The notes: generated by a model not told the origin, from the letters alone. A DNA stretch of 63,852 nucleotides, filler included, from Welwitschia mirabilis (GCA_051453625.1; 8 parts of one record of this genome joined end to end with filler, not necessarily neighbours in it); one strand, 5' to 3'; counted from the whole stretch's first letter, positions 1 to 14,955 are shown. Translations and numbers: made by a program.

Positions 1-92
1 TAGGTAGAGTCATTAATAGATCCTAATAGATTTAGACTCCTGAATCCTAAATATAAGTAATCCTTTAGATGTCTTTTCTGTTGGAACATCAC

Positions 93-1342
93 TGTTGCAA
101 TGCTAATTTGTAGGAATTTAATAGTGTATTTTAAGTACTTTTGCCATACATTTATATAAGTTTGGATGTAATTCTAATGATTATGAATAATTAATAGGAT
201 GTTTACTAAAAGATGCAATTATTAGTATATTTGAATGCATTTAAAACTTATTTTAATACTTCATACATTAAAGGAACAATAACCATGCAAAAGACTGAGT
301 TCCCTTTGAGCTAGAAGATAAAGAGGCCTGTCATCCCCTTTGTTGTTTCCATGATATATAGAATGATAGTACTATTAACATGAATTAAAGATGAAGATAT
401 AACCATGTGGTCTAATGTTGATGGATTATCTTTTAACATGGAGTATCATCCCCATTGTTGTCTCCATGATAGCCAAGATAATAGTTATTTTATATGGACA
501 GGAAGAATTATATTTGTAATTGGGTTATGTAGCCCATGTGGGTTACTATGGTTTCTTCTCTAAGTTTTAGGGTTGAGCTTCTAGAACATCAATGTAAAAC
601 TATAAATACCCTTCCTTTTCTTTACTTCTGTTTCAATCTTTTATACTAGGTATTCTTGTGATGGAAGGCTGAAGGACAAGGGATCCATCCATTAGCTACA
701 GAGAGATGATTACCTTGGTTTTGGGCTAAGTGTACTTTATTGAGGTGTTACTATTTGTTGTAAGTGGATGTTAAATTGATGATTAATTCAAGAACTCTTT
801 TAAATTCTATATATAAACATCCCTTATTGTTTAAGTGGATTATAGTTTAGTGATAACTTCATAGTTTATTTAGATCATAAAGGCAACCTTTATTAATGTT
901 GAATTTGTTAGTTTAAATATTGCATTGTATTTCATTTTATTATGTTCTCACATTTGCATTATTCATATTCTATTTATAATATCTTATAGTTTCTGTTGAT
1001 TAAGAATAAGTGATGAACTATTCTTAACTGATCTAAGTTATAAGAGATAATTCTTGTGATATGAGGATTAGAATCCAAATAGACTCATTACACTTGCATT
1101 TCATCCATTATACTTCAACATATTTACCTTGCATTACATTGCATTATTGTTTTTCCTATTTACTAAAATAGAAAAGACTAAATGCTTTATGAAATGAATT
1201 ATCTAACTTCTAGCCTAGTGCCTCTAATGGATTATGATATTTAAATAACTCTCATCTATATTAATGTGTGTTTTCTACAAATATTGTGATTTATAGATTT
1301 TTACCTAAGGACTTAAAGATTATATAAGTTCATACAGCAACA
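93..1342 (+). repeat. 5' LTR of an Athila-like Ty3/Gypsy element (LTR family C)
   Basis: Starts TGTTGCAATG and ends CAGCAACA. Similar along its length to 19170-20567, 36418-37720 and 41398-43299. Followed by a PBS-like sequence. Confidence 0.85.
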
Positions 1343-1359
1343 TTTTAGTACTATTGTTG
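1343..1359 (+). other. Left half of a tRNA-Asp-type primer binding site, split by the CACTA insertion
   Basis: ttttagtactattgttg reads as decayed TTTTGGCGCCGTTGCCG. The continuation ccaaggaaggctgtaaggagct is at 29404, matching the unsplit copies after 37720 and 43299. Confidence 0.75.
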
Positions 1360-1382
1360 TACTATAAGAAATATAGACTATA

Positions 1383-1780
1383 AAGGCCTTAAAAAAGGCC
1401 TTAAATGCTTTTAAGGTATTTCTTTGTAAAATGCCTTAAATAGCCTTACCTTATGCTTTTAAGGAGTTTCTAAGTTGTTTAAATAAAACTGCCTCAAAAT
1501 ATTTATTAAGGCATTTCTAAGGTGTTTAAATAAAAATGCTTGAAAATCCCTTTTAAAATGTTTTAGAAAGAAATGCCTCAAAACCCCATTTGAGGTGTTT
1601 ATCTAGAAAATCACCTCAAAAGAAATTTTGAGGCATTTATCTAGGAAAAATGCCTTTAAAGATATTTTGAGACATTTATCTAAAAAAATGCCTCAAATGC
1701 CTAAACACCTATTGAGGCATTTTTTGAAAGAAAAATTTCATTCTTTTAAGAATAAACATCCTAAGAGACCTTTTGAGTGT
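1383..1780. repeat. Left subterminal repeat array of the CACTA element
   Basis: Many direct and inverted copies of aaatgcct(t/c)aaa / ttt(a/g)aggcattt. Confidence 0.8.
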
Positions 1781-2764
1781 TTATTGGTACATGTTTCTGC
1801 AAAAAAATGTTTATCATTTCTCCCATGAAGGATCTTTTCTCTCACTATATTTAATGTAAATTTAATCTTAATTGGATACTTAAAGTTCATGTTTCTTTCT
1901 TATTTTTCTCCAAATTGGTTATACCTCTATGTAAAAAGAAGAACCACCTTATAAACATCCTATGCTTATTACTCTAGTAGAAACTTCAAAATCAACCATG
2001 CCTACTTTTAATTTATAGACCTCATTAAGAATAACTCCATTTGGAAATCTAAATAGAATAAAACATATCCTATCATTAATAGTGGTTTTCTTCCCATGAG
2101 TAGTGCACCTACTATTGTCATTAGCACCTAGCATAATAAATGGTAAAACTCAGAGAACATGGAGAAAATAAAATTTTTCTCTAGTTTATTATTTTTATAA
2201 GAAATAAATCATTTTTTGTTCTTAGCATTGTAAATTTTGTAAACATTAATATATGTTAAAGATGTATTTAATAGAAATAGAATAGATACTTAAAGAGTAG
2301 CTATAGAGACAGATGCTACATGATCTGAAGAAAAGCCTATACAAAGCACAAATTAAAGATTTAATGCTAAAAAACACATCTCATCTAAAATTCCAAATAA
2401 ACTAGTATTCATTCTACTAAGCCTCTTTCCAACACTCTTAATAATTTTTCTAGAATAGAACATCATAGCAGTGATTCCTCCTAATTGTTGGAAAATCATC
2501 AATGACACTAGTCTGAAGAAATATCTAGTTTCTTTACATTAGAAAAAGCATTCTACTAGTTTAAAGAAATGTTTAATTTATCTCACTGCATTTGATATAC
2601 TTTTACTTATCTTAAAATATCAAATCTTTTAGTTATTTAATACATAAAATCCCAAAGATGAAAATCCCAAGGAGTACAACACAAGATTGAAGATAGATCT
2701 CCTTCATCATGTTGGCCATATAGTAATGGAATGATTCCAATTTAAGTCTCTTAGTGTAGAACAA

Positions 2765-3864
2765 TGTTGTAGTATGTATTTATGCAACATTTACATCTTG
2801 AGTATAATCTTATTAGTTATAAATAATATGCACAAACACAACACACTAATATAGATGAGAGTAACCCGAATGTCATAATCCGTTGAAGTCTAAAGTATGG
2901 AAATAAAAGAGTTGCTTTTAAGATAAAAATATAGTAACCCTAACTTACATAAATAATTTGCAATGCATGGAAATCAAATAAAACACACTTATGCAAGACT
3001 AATCTAGGAAAGGAAATAGAAATACACCTAAGCTAACTAAGCACATCCTTGACAAAGGTTGCCCTCATAATCTATATCACAAAAGAAGCTTGTTACTAAA
3101 TCTCAAATAACATAAACTATGAGGGAGAAGATCATTCATACATCTGAACACAAAAGGAAAATAACTTATATTAAAAATGCACATCACATCTGTATTACAA
3201 AGAAGTTGTTCCTCAATAGAGGAAACGATGCCCAACACCAAGGAAATGTCTCTCTAAAATTATAGAATGGTTCTCCGGTCCTTTGATCTCCTGTCACGAG
3301 TATGTCAGGGACTGTCGAAGATGATTAGAAGTCGAGGATAAGACCTTTATTTATAGACTTAAAACAAGAAATGAAACTAATAAAAAGATGCGGGGATAAC
3401 CCTAACCGCCATGCCAAGAGAAGTCAAAATAAGTGGTGAAAGCTTAGGTAATCATTCAGTGCAAGCATTAGAAAACAGTGTCGTCCGTCTAGTCATCCGA
3501 ATGATATATGAAACGATGCTGACTGATAGTTAGATCCTCATCTTCTGCCAGTTCGACTGCCTATGAGACCTGTCATCGACCAGTTGGCATGATCGTCTAT
3601 TCTGTCATCTGGATGATTATGTGGACGATGGTCTTTAATGAATCTTCAATTAATCTAGTTACCTTGTTTTTTGCAGGAAATTATCATCCAAAATATTTTT
3701 AATTAATATTTGCAAAGAATGCTTTTAATTTATCTGGAAATCATATGTTTCCATCCTTTTCATGCTGGTTCTCCATTATCATGAGAATTAAGCATTTATT
3801 TATCAATTACCTGCAAAATAACTCAGAATATCCTATCAAATACATGTAAGTTGGCAGTACAACA
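2765..3864 (-). repeat. 3' LTR
   Basis: TGTTG...ACAACA, followed by taggctcccactt (polypurine tract on the minus strand). Confidence 0.85.
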
Positions 3865-5440
3865 TAGGCTCCCACTTTGCCTTATTAGTCCCTCACAAAA
3901 CTAGTTGGTTGACTACATTTTCGAGCTAACGTTTTAAATAATAAAACAACTCAGATATCTATAGGAATTATCTAAAAAATACTGGAAGAATATTCCTAAA
4001 GATAAATTAAATTTATAAAAAATTCAAAGTTCTAAACATAAATACCTGTGAAGCATTAAGAATTAGTCGTCTGGTACAGTTATCCAGACAATGGAGTTAA
4101 TGATAGAATTATATAAAGGATTTTCAAAATTGGAACCTGTCACAGAAATCAATTTCCTCTGTTAATTAATTAATCATGATAAACAGCTCTCCACTGTGAT
4201 AAACAGTCAAATACAAAGATTTGTCCAAAGTGAAATGCAATTCTTATTATTAAAATCAAAAGATAATCATATAAAAATTAGGCAAAAATAGTACACTATG
4301 CTAAAACGAAATGATATGTCTATATAATAATGAGAGCTTTTAGTACAAAACATGTAGAATGGGAGATACAAAATATAATGTAAACTTACTTCTCTTGTCT
4401 ATGCATCAGATCTACTACTTAACTCTCTGCTCGAAGGCATACAATAGAAAAGCATCAAAATACTGAAAATATGTCCTATCCCACCTAAAATATGCAATGC
4501 ATCTCAAATTGCCTAATCATAAGAAAAGAAATGAAGAAAACTTTTGATCATAATTGAATAATAAGAAAACTACTAAATGATTAAAGTCCTAAAAAGAAAT
4601 AAGAAAATGTAGAAATGACTTTGAAACAAGGGACTCAAAAATAGAAGAAAATCATAGTGAAAAAGGATATAAGTAACAAGAAGAAGATTGTTTACCTATC
4701 ATAAGTACTAACCTAGTAAATTCCCAAGAAAAACATTATAACATCACCTAAGTAAGTATGCATGACAAAATGTATTAACTCCATAAAGTTATTCAAAGAG
4801 GTATTGGTTATGGCGATATCCAAAATTTCAAATGTGTAGAACAATAAATGTCAAAATCAAAAGTTACTTAGAAATGAACTCACCTGCTTTCACCTCATAA
4901 ACTCATCCAAATATTTGAAAGTGAAATGATCAAGTAGGAATACTAAGAGTCTAGGAAATAAGCAATGCCTCTGATGATATCAAAAATACCACTAATCCCT
5001 AACCTCAAAGTTTTTATTTTTTTTCCATAATGAGGGGAGTGAAACCACTATCAGAGGAGTAAGGACTCGTGAAGCATGGATAACTGACCTCCTAATAGAG
5101 TTCCCATAACTACCAACACTACCAAAGGTTCCTTTTGAAAATATTTATGCTAGTGCAGTAGAATATCATGGTGACCATGTATTTTTCTTTAAAGCACAAA
5201 ATACAATAACTCATGGTCATTATTTTTCTTTCTCTCTCTTTTTTAAAATTCCCACATGATCACATACTTAAAAAAGAAGAAGATGAATAAGTGAGATAAA
5301 AGACAGAAAAAAACACTCCCAAACAACCCAAGATTTTAACNNNNNNNNNNNNNNNNNNNNNNNNNNNNNNNNNNNNNNNNNNNNNNNNNNNNNNNNNNNN
5401 NNNNNNNNNNNNNNNNNNNNNNNNNNNNNNNNNNNNNNNN

Positions 5441-6429
5441 AACCCGAAGGTCAGAATTCATTAAAGGCTCAAAATATGGAAATAAGAGAGTTGCTTTCAA
5501 GAGATAAAGACTATAACCTAACCTATGGAAGTAACTTAGAATGCATGAAAATGAAATAAAACACACTTGTAAAAGGATAATCTAGGAAAAGGAAATAAAA
5601 TATACCTAGACTATCCAAGCACAACCTTAACAAAGGTTATCCTTATAACCTATATTATAAGAAAAAAATATCACTAGATCTCAAGCAACATAAGCTATAA
5701 GGAACAAGATCATTCACACATTGAAGCACAAANNNNNNNNNNNNNNNNNNNNNNNNNNNNNNNNNNGTTTTACAAAGTAGTCATATCTCAATGAAGGAAA
5801 TGTTGCTAACCACTAAGGAAACATCTCTTTAAAACTATAGGATGGTTCTCCAAATCTTCGATCTTCTATCATGAGAATGTCGGGTACAAACAAAGACAAA
5901 GAGGAGTCAAGGAGGAGACCTCTATTTATTGACTCAAAACATGAAATAGTATAGACATAAAGATGTGGGTAAACCCTAATAGCCACATAGCAAGGAATCA
6001 GAACAGAAGCGGTAAAAGTTAGGTGAACACTCAGTGTGGGTATTACAACAGTGTCATTTGACTAGTCATCTAAATGATAAAGGAGATGATGCCACCTCAT
6101 GATCAAATCCACATTGGCTGCCAGTAAGACCTTAGTCAACATTTAGTAGATACTATAATCCATCTTGTCATCTAAATAATGAGGTTGATGATGGCCTTTA
6201 ATAAATTTTCAATTTGTGCATTATCCTTATTATTTACAAGAAGTCATTATCAGAAATACCGATTATTCATATTTGCTCAGAATACTTGTAATTTATCATG
6301 GATATTGCATATTTCCATTCTTTTTATCCTAGCTCTCCATTATCATGAAAACTAGGCATTTACCTATCTATTTACCTATAAAACAACTCAGAATACCCTA
6401 TCAAATATATGTAAGTTGGAAGCATAACA
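5441..6429 (-). repeat. LTR (left end lost in a gap)
   Basis: Colinear with 13869-14955. Ends ATAACA and is followed by tagccccccactt (PPT on the minus strand). Confidence 0.85.
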
Positions 6430-9400
6430 TAGCCCCCCACTTAGCCTTATAAGTCCCTAAAAAAACTAGGCATTAAACCACTTGTGAGCTAACTTATTAA
6501 ACAATAAAAACAACTAGAATACCTAAAAAAATTATTTTGAAAAGATTTGCAAAAAATTTTGTAAATAGAACTAAATTTTTAAAAAATTAAAAATACTGAA
6601 TAGAACACCTATGAAGCATAAGAAGTTTGTCATCTGAGTCATCGTCCAGATGATGAAGGGGATGATAGGCTCACAAAAGGTTCTTAAAAACTAGAACCTA
6701 TAATAAAAATTGATTTTCTTAGATAATTAGTTAGTCATAATAAATAGCCCTCCACTAAGATAAACAATCAAATATAAAATATTTTCCCAAGTATAGTCAA
6801 ATCCTCATCATAAAAATTGAAAGAGGATCATATAAAAATCAGGAAGAAATAGTACACCATTCTGAAAGAAATGATATATTTATATAATGAAGAGATTTTT
6901 TAGTATAAAAAAGTTGTAAAAGGGAAGATACAAAATGCAAAATCACTCCTCTTGTCTATGCAGGATGAACTATGATTCGATAACTAGCTCAAGAGTAGGG
7001 GGAGAAGAAGGAGAATGTTCAGGATCTATGGGGAGATAGATATCAAGAGATGCTATAATAGACCTAACTGTCTTATCATCTTAGATATGTACTAACTCTA
7101 GAATATCTACAATTACATTCTACTAGATAGAGATAATATGTTAACACATGTCCACCATCTAATACTCTATGTGTTGTACTCTCTTCTCGATGGATAGAAT
7201 CCTCTACACAACTATCTACTCAAAGGTCTAGATCATTTGATCAAGTGCCTAAATACCAATGTCCACAAAACCTCTAATGGTCTTGGTAGTCTTAACTAGA
7301 AGGGCCTAGATCTTCTCTAATAAAGCTCCAACTGTGGATCTCTGTACCTAAGATGTCTTTACCTCTTTTGGTACCTATATGTCTATATCCTATAAATAGC
7401 ATGCAGAAGTCTGAATATGTGAGGTACACTACTTACTTATGGGCTTTGGTGTTCCAAATTATTTGAAAAAAGCTAAGAGGAGGAATGGATAACTAAGTGT
7501 CTATAGATGTAGTGCCTCAATTAGAGCCCTCAGTATCCTCCAAATAAAGGTAGGTAAGTCCATCTGCTTCCCCTAATGAAAAGATGCTAGAATCTATAGG
7601 TGTGCCATCATAGTGTAACTATAATAAAATATGGAATAATATTATGATTAGTTCTCTGTGCAAAACTCTATATGTGGGGATAAGCTATGTAACATGTGCT
7701 CCTTATTGATCAGTGATTAAATTAGTTGAAATATCTAAGATCGTACCATAGGCTCGACACCCTTCTATCCCACCAGATGAATGAATATGCATGCTTTAAA
7801 GTCCTATAAGATTTATGATTACTACAATGTGGGGTGGGAGGATAACTATCTCATGGTTTCAAATGTAAGAAATGATCATATCCTAGAGCTAACCACGAGC
7901 ATCTTGTCACCTCTCTATATGCATAGTATCATAAAACTCTCTTATCTTAGAAGTATAATATAAACTATGCACATTTGTGATTCATCTAAGACATAATATT
8001 TTCAATCTCTGATCAACCTCTATCTCTATGAGGCTCATGAAATCTCCAAAATGTCTCTCGACATGAATTCTAGCTATTTNNNNNNNNNNNNNNNNNNNNN
8101 NNNNNNNNNNNNNNNNNNNNNNNNNNNNNNNNNNNNNNNNNNNNNNNNNNNNNNNNNNNNNNNNNNNNNNNNNNNNNNNNNNNNNNNNNNNNNNNNNNNN
8201 NNNNNNNNNNNNNNNNNNNNNNNNNNNNNNNNNNNNNNNNNNNNNNNNNNNNNNNNNNNNNNNNNNNNNNNNNNNNNNNNNNNNNNNNNNNNNNNNNNNN
8301 NNNNNNNAAATTAGCAAAAATATTGACAATATGTCCTTGTCCCTCTAAAAGATGTAATGCATTCTAAATTACCTAAATTGAGAAAGAAATGGAGAAAAAT
8401 GAGAAAAGTACAAAAGCTATGTATGTAGTGGGCATACATGTAGTGAAAATTTAAAGTACTTAAATAAAAAATCTAATCTAGTAAAGTCATATAGCATATT
8501 AAAGTGACTAATTTTTCAAAAAGATCTACTACAATTCAACCTACTGTTTGTGAGAAGATGAGTGCGAAAGGTAAAAACCTAGAAATATGTTATAATATGC
8601 AAAAGTAATCATAACTCAAAAAATATGCTATGAAATTCAAATCTATAAGTCCCAAAATACAGAGTGCCAAAAATTAAACAATATATATGAAAATTACATG
8701 TTGAAAGGCTGAAAAATAGGAGGAGGGAGAAACATATCTCATTTTTGCAAATTTGAAGAGATATCGCAATTTGGCAATGAAATCAGTTGGACAAGTCCTA
8801 AAATTCTAGTACTAGCTAGAGGAGTCACCATCTATCAAATAAATGAAGGAAAATAACGAGAAAATAAGTGAAAATAAGGAAAAAGGGTAGACTACAGTTT
8901 TATTGCACTATCGTCCGGTTGCATCATTCGGATGACTGCCATAGGATGAATCTAAAAAAAGATTAGACCATCATCCATCACAACATCATCTGGATGATTA
9001 GGTAGATGACAGGGCATCAAAAAGATTTTCAAAAAAAAATGTAAGCCATGAAAATTAGGCTAAGATAGGATCATTTAAGTGATAGTTCTGAAAAGAAAAA
9101 AAAAACAAAAAATAGAAAATCACACAAAAAAATATGAAAAATTAGGAAAACCAAAGGAAAAAGATTAAACACACATAAAAGAAAAAACTATAACTAAAGA
9201 AAATAGACTATCTAGGTTAAAAACTTGTAATAAAGACTACATGAATGTGCCTGAATAGAAAATGAAAGCATGACAGACGTAGGACTCAAGTACCTATAAG
9301 AGAATGCATAAAGATTATGGAAAAGATGTTCTTTTATAAGTTTTTCTGAAAAATGCATTTTTAGAAAAATGTTTTATTATGATAAAATAGCAAGAAAACT

Positions 9401-10289
9401 ACTAAATGATTAAGGCCCTAAGAAAAAAGAAGAAAATGTGAAAATGACTTTAAAATCCTAAACTAAAAAACTAAAGAAATACAGAGTGAAAATAGACATA
9501 AAAAATAAGGAAAAGATTATTTATCTATCCTAAATACTAACCTAGCAAGCTCCAAAGGAAAACATCATAACATCATCTAAGTAGATAAGCCTGACAAAAT
9601 GTATTAACTTTATAAGTTTTATATGAAAAGGTAGTGGTTATGGCAATAGTCAAGGCTTCAAGTATGTAGAATAATAAATGTCAAAACCAAAAGTTATCTA
9701 GAAATGAAATCACCTATTTCCATCCCACAAACTCACCCAAATCTCCAAAAGTAAAATGATCAAGTGGAAATACTAAGAGTCTAGGAAATAAGAAATGCCT
9801 CTGATGATACTAGAAGCATCACTAATCCCTAACCTCAAATTTTTTATTTCTTGTACCATGATGAGGGGATTGAAACCACTCTCAAGTAAGTAAGGACCTA
9901 TGAAGCATGGCAAACTAACCCCTCAGTGGAGTTCTTACAACTACCAACACTGCCAAAGGTTTCTTTTTGAAATATTTACCCTAGTGTGGTAGGACATCAT
10001 GGTGACTATGTATTTCTCTTTAAAGCCCAAAATACAAGAACTTATAATCATTNNNNNNNNNNNNNNNNNNNNNNNNNNNNNNNNNNNNNNNNNNNNNNNN
10101 NNNNNNNNNNNNNNNNNNNNNNNNNNNNNNNNNNNNNNNNNNNNNNNNNNNNGTCCTCAGTGGCAATGCAAACCTAATTATAATTATTATAATCATCAAG
10201 GAAATAGTGAAAATAATAACTTGAATCCTATTAAGAATCTAATTATAAAAATGTAAAAGATAGCAATATTTTTTGGTTATCTCATTTAG

Positions 10290-13224
10290 TTTTTGGAAGT
10301 CTATACATATATATCATTTATTACCATTTTTAGGTACTACTATCAAGGGGCTAACACACTCATTATTAGTAATGGAGCAAATGATTTCAATATCTATAAG
10401 TCTTATGATTTCATATTTTAGGACTAGAGTGAGTCTATTGGAGTTACCTCTAGTTTTAGCATTTTCTTTGAGGTAGATTTTATGTTTCATAATGGAAGTG
10501 GATATGGCTATCAAATCATTATAGGACCAAGTAAATGCATGAACCTTTGATTCAAAAGAGAGATAAGACTAGATTCTTATTAAGAGGAAAGATTTTTGTT
10601 GATAATCAATGGTTTGTTCAGATCTCTATTCAAAAAATGTATTTCAATCCACTGTCTAAGGGTTTTAGGTTCAGGTTTAGGTTTAGACTTTTGGTTTTAG
10701 GAAAATTCTCAAAAAAATTAATTATTTTCTTAGCTTATCATTTGGACATTGGTAGTGGATGACTGCCCTCAAAATAAGAAATCTTAAGCTTACTAATTTC
10801 TTACACTTTAGCACAGTTTATAGACTTAGGTTCACTACTCCCCAAATTAGAAAACTTAAGTGGTAGATGGTTATATTTAAGTTGATCGTTAAGCACATAA
10901 AGGTAGTCTACTTTTGATTTATTGTTAAACAAGATTAACTCATGAAACATGGACTGTCTTTCCTCAAGTGGACGGTGCTGTAAAAATAGGATTGGATTAA
11001 TTTCCTCCTCTAAACTTAAATCATTACCTAAATTATTTTTTGCTGCATCAAACACTATTATCAAAAATTGTTTATTTTCAAAATGGGTTCATCAATCTGG
11101 TTCTTTTATCTATACTGCAATGAGCTATTACATAGAAAGCTCTACCTAGAAGTAAGTGATATTCACCATGAAGCTCAACTTCTAAAACAACTACATCGAT
11201 GGATTAGAAGAATTCCTCTATCTGACTGACTAAGTTCTTGATCACACCTAACCATTTCTTTATAAACGTGTCTGTTAACCCCAAAATAATGCATGCGGTT
11301 TCTGTTCTTTCTTCCAAATCAAGATGTTGACAAATGTGCAATGACATAATGTTGATACTAGCTTCAATATCTGTCAAGGATTTCTTTATTATATGGTTTC
11401 CATTTAAAGTGACACTCACAGTTACCACATCTGGATCTTTAAACTTTGGACATTTTTGGCATACCATGTTGCTAATAGATTAAGCTAGGAAAACTTTACT
11501 AGGTATGTTCATTTTTATTTCCTTTTTATTAAGTATTTCTATAGCTTAGAGTATCTTGGATTTTCTTGTAAAATTTTCTAATAAGATAAGTTAATGCTTA
11601 TATTTTGCATTAAGGCTTCAAATAATTATCAAAAATGGGTTTGTGTTAAGCCTATTAATCCATGAGGTAGTAGGTTTCTTCTGTGAAGGATCTTTCTTTT
11701 TATTGCTAAGTGAGAAAGAAAAGGAATTGTTTTCTAGTATTTATATGTCCTCTTCCTCATCATTCTTGTTACTTTGTGAAGTTGAAGTCTTATGAATAGA
11801 ATGAGTTGTGTTACTTCAACTTCTTATCATCACCTTACAATTTTTTTTTACTTCATTAGGGTTTGGTAAAGGTTGAGTGGTAAGAGACCCTAGTGGTATT
11901 TGGTTGACAAGCATGGTTTATTGTACAATACTTACAACATTTAATATGTTGGTGTTTATCTTTTCTTAGGTTTTTCTCAACTCCTCAATAGAATTCTTAA
12001 GAGGATCACTATGGTTTTGAGAGTTGGAAGAGCTTGCCAAGTTGTTTAAGTTGTTGGATTAAAAGTTTAAGTGCTTAAATCTATTTCTCAAAGGTTGGGA
12101 GCTAGGATGATGTGTTTGAAAATTTCTAGAATTTGATTATTCACTCATCCTATGTTGAAAGTTGTGATTTTGGACTTATCTTTGGTTGTGATTTTGAATG
12201 TAGTTCAAAGGTATTTGGTTAAAGGCATAAAATTCCTCATAGATGTTCTTTTTATAGGTAGCAAGCAAGGGATAATATTCTATAATATGATAGCTATCTT
12301 TACACAAATCACATGTTAAAACTACAACTTCACTCTTTTCAGTTGCTACTTTAGCATTAAGAATCATAGGGACATATTTCTCTAAGGTAGAAGTGAAATC
12401 CTTAATGATACTAGTTGGTTTATTTTCGGTTTTGGTCTCATTCTTCTCATGTTTTACCTCTTTTATATGCTTAATGATTTGGTCTACTGTTTAATTTTCT
12501 CTAGATGAGGGTTTATATCAATTTTATCTTACTTCCACCAAATCCTCTAATACCTTTTAAGCATCTTCTAGGATTTGGTTTAATAAGTTACCTCTACATA
12601 AAAAATTTATAGGTTACTTGATATGAATGTTTAACCCACTATAAAAATAGTCAACTAACTCTACCTATAACAAGGCATCTATAGGATTTGAATGTAAAGT
12701 AACAAAGAATTTCTTATATATAGAGGCATAATCTTTGTTAGGCATTTGCTAGAAGTTGGTGACTTTTTTCTTACATTTTTAGATAGTGGTTTCATTCATG
12801 AATCTCTTAATGAAGGATTATTAAACTTGGCTTTAGGATTTAAGAATTTTATGAGAAATCATTCTAAACTAATGTTTTGCTTTATCTCTCAAAGTAATAG
12901 AAAAGATAACCATGTAGGTTCTATTATTTATTCATTTCTTATCATTTCCAAAAGTAAGGACAAGAGGTTCTATATTGGCGATGTGTTGTAAAGGATCCTT
13001 ATCAGGTTCTCTACTAAAGATAGAATAAGTGTTTAAGTTATAGAATTCTACATCATCACTGGAAGGTAAATCAAAAGGAGTTTGGATTTCACGTTTTTTA
13101 TTTGCTATAATATCTCTAAGAGTAACATAGGTACTAGTTTGAGAAGGATTAGAAGTAGGGGTTCTAATGACAAGAGGTGGATTTAGAGAGATAAGTTATT
13201 TAAGCTTTTGGTTAAGGTTGACAT
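10290..13224 (-). pseudogene. Decayed gag-protease-RT(N-terminus) polyprotein
   Basis: ORF fragments CPKFKDP..KSLTDIEASINIMS (Athila protease DxGASxN motif), CDLC..H knuckle relic, and EIIRLIDIEIICSITNNECVSPLIVVPKNG (RT start, cf. KLLDAGIIYPISDSxWVSPVxVVPKKGG). Many stops and frameshifts. Confidence 0.85.
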
Positions 13225-13868
13225 GATAGCAAAATCAGACTCTACAGAAATAAAAGTGGAAATTACAAGAAATTGAAAATCTTGCATACCTTCATTTTTT
13301 TACCTATTTCTATTTCAAGATTTATCAAACCTTATCTAATATTTTTAGTAATCAATAGCTGCTCTCTATACTATTTTTCTTTTTTACCAAATTTAATCAG
13401 TCATGCTCGATCTTGGATCTTTGAAAGTATTATTACTATCATTGTCCAGACGATATTTTGAATGACAAAAATACATAAACCCAAGAAAAGAAAAAGTAAA
13501 AAATAGAAATGAAAAACTGACTCTTAATAGGAAAACTTAGAAGATAGACTATCTTTTACCTGAGTCATCTAAACAAATAAGGAAATGATGGAACTAACTT
13601 GAAAAAAATCTAAAACAAAAATGCATAGCATAGAGGCTATCATTGCCACTCATCATTTAGATGATATAGTAGATGATGAACTTTTATTTCAAAATATAAA
13701 AAAGGACTTTGATTTGAAAAATAGAAAACTAACTATACAAAAATAGGAAACTATGCTACTATAGGTATTGTTACACCACTATTGTAGTAAGAATCCAAAC
13801 TAAAACACTTAATAAAGCAATGATAACTCTTGAAATCTAAGAAGCCTTTCCTGGAAATGATACTAAGA

Positions 13869-14955
13869 TGTTACGGTGTGTATTTACATAATTTATTTTT
13901 CCTAAGTAGAATCATATTAATCATAAATAACATGCATAAATACAACACACTAAAATAGATGGGAGTAACCCAAATGTCATAATCCGTCAATAGCCCAAAA
14001 TATGGAAATAAGAGAGTTTCTTTAAAGAGAGAAAAACTATAGCCTAATCTATAAAAATAACTTATAATGCATTAAAATGAAATAAAACATACTTGTGCAA
14101 GGCTAATCTAGGAAAAGAAAATAATAATGCACCTAAACTATTTAAGCACAACCTTGAAAAGGTTGCCCTCATAACCTCTATCACAAAATAAACTGTCATC
14201 GAATCTCAAGCAACATAAGCTTTGAGGGAGAATATCATTCATACATTAAAGCATAAAAATGAATGTTTTATATTAGAAATCATATTACATTTATGTTACA
14301 ATGTAGCCGCACCTCAATGGAGGAAATGCTATCCAACACCAAGGAAACATTTCTCTAAAACTATAGGATGGTTCTCTAGTCCTTCAATCTCTTGTCATAA
14401 GAATATCAGATGCAAACAAAGACAAGGAGGAGTCAAGGAAGATACCTCTATTTATTAACTCAAAACATAAAATGGTACATATAGAAAGATGCAGGTAAAT
14501 TCTAATGGCCGCGTAAAAAGAAAACAGAATACAAGTGGTGAAAGTTAGGTGAACATTTAATGTGGGCATTATAACAGGGTCATTTATATGATCATCTAGC
14601 TAATAAAGGAGATGATGTTACCTCATGATCAAATCTGCATTGGATACTAGTTAGTTCTTAGTTATCATCCAGTTAGCATAGTCATCCATCCTATCATCCA
14701 GACGATGAGGTGGACAATGTCCTTAAATAAATCTTTAATTAGTGTATCAGCCTTATTATTTGTAGGAAGTTATAATTATAAATATAGATTATTCATATTT
14801 TCTTAAAATGCTTGTAATTTATCATGGAAATTGCATATTTTCATCCTTTTTATCCTAGCTCTCCATTATCATGAAAACTAAGCATTTACTTGTCTATTTA
14901 CCTACAAAATAACTCAAAAAAAACTATCAAATATATGTAAGTTGGTAGCACAACA
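13869..14955 (-). repeat. 5' LTR
   Basis: TGTTA...ACAACA, adjacent to the reverse-complement PBS gcctttcctggaaatgatactaaga. Confidence 0.85.

Larger units (their letters stand above)
2765..14955 (-). mobile_element. Athila-like LTR retrotransposon complex (three LTRs) nested in the CACTA element
   Basis: LTRs at 2765-3864, ~5441-6429 and 13869-14955. PPT-like tracts at 3865 and 6430, PBS at 13843-13868. Outer flanks AACAA/AATAA resemble a 5-bp TSD. Confidence 0.8.

Noticed and set aside
1383-1828. Short spaced repeats (CRISPR-like) and ORF 1628-1828
   Set aside because: The repeats are irregular, occur in both orientations and abut a CACTA TIR, so they are subterminal repeats. The ORF is incidental.
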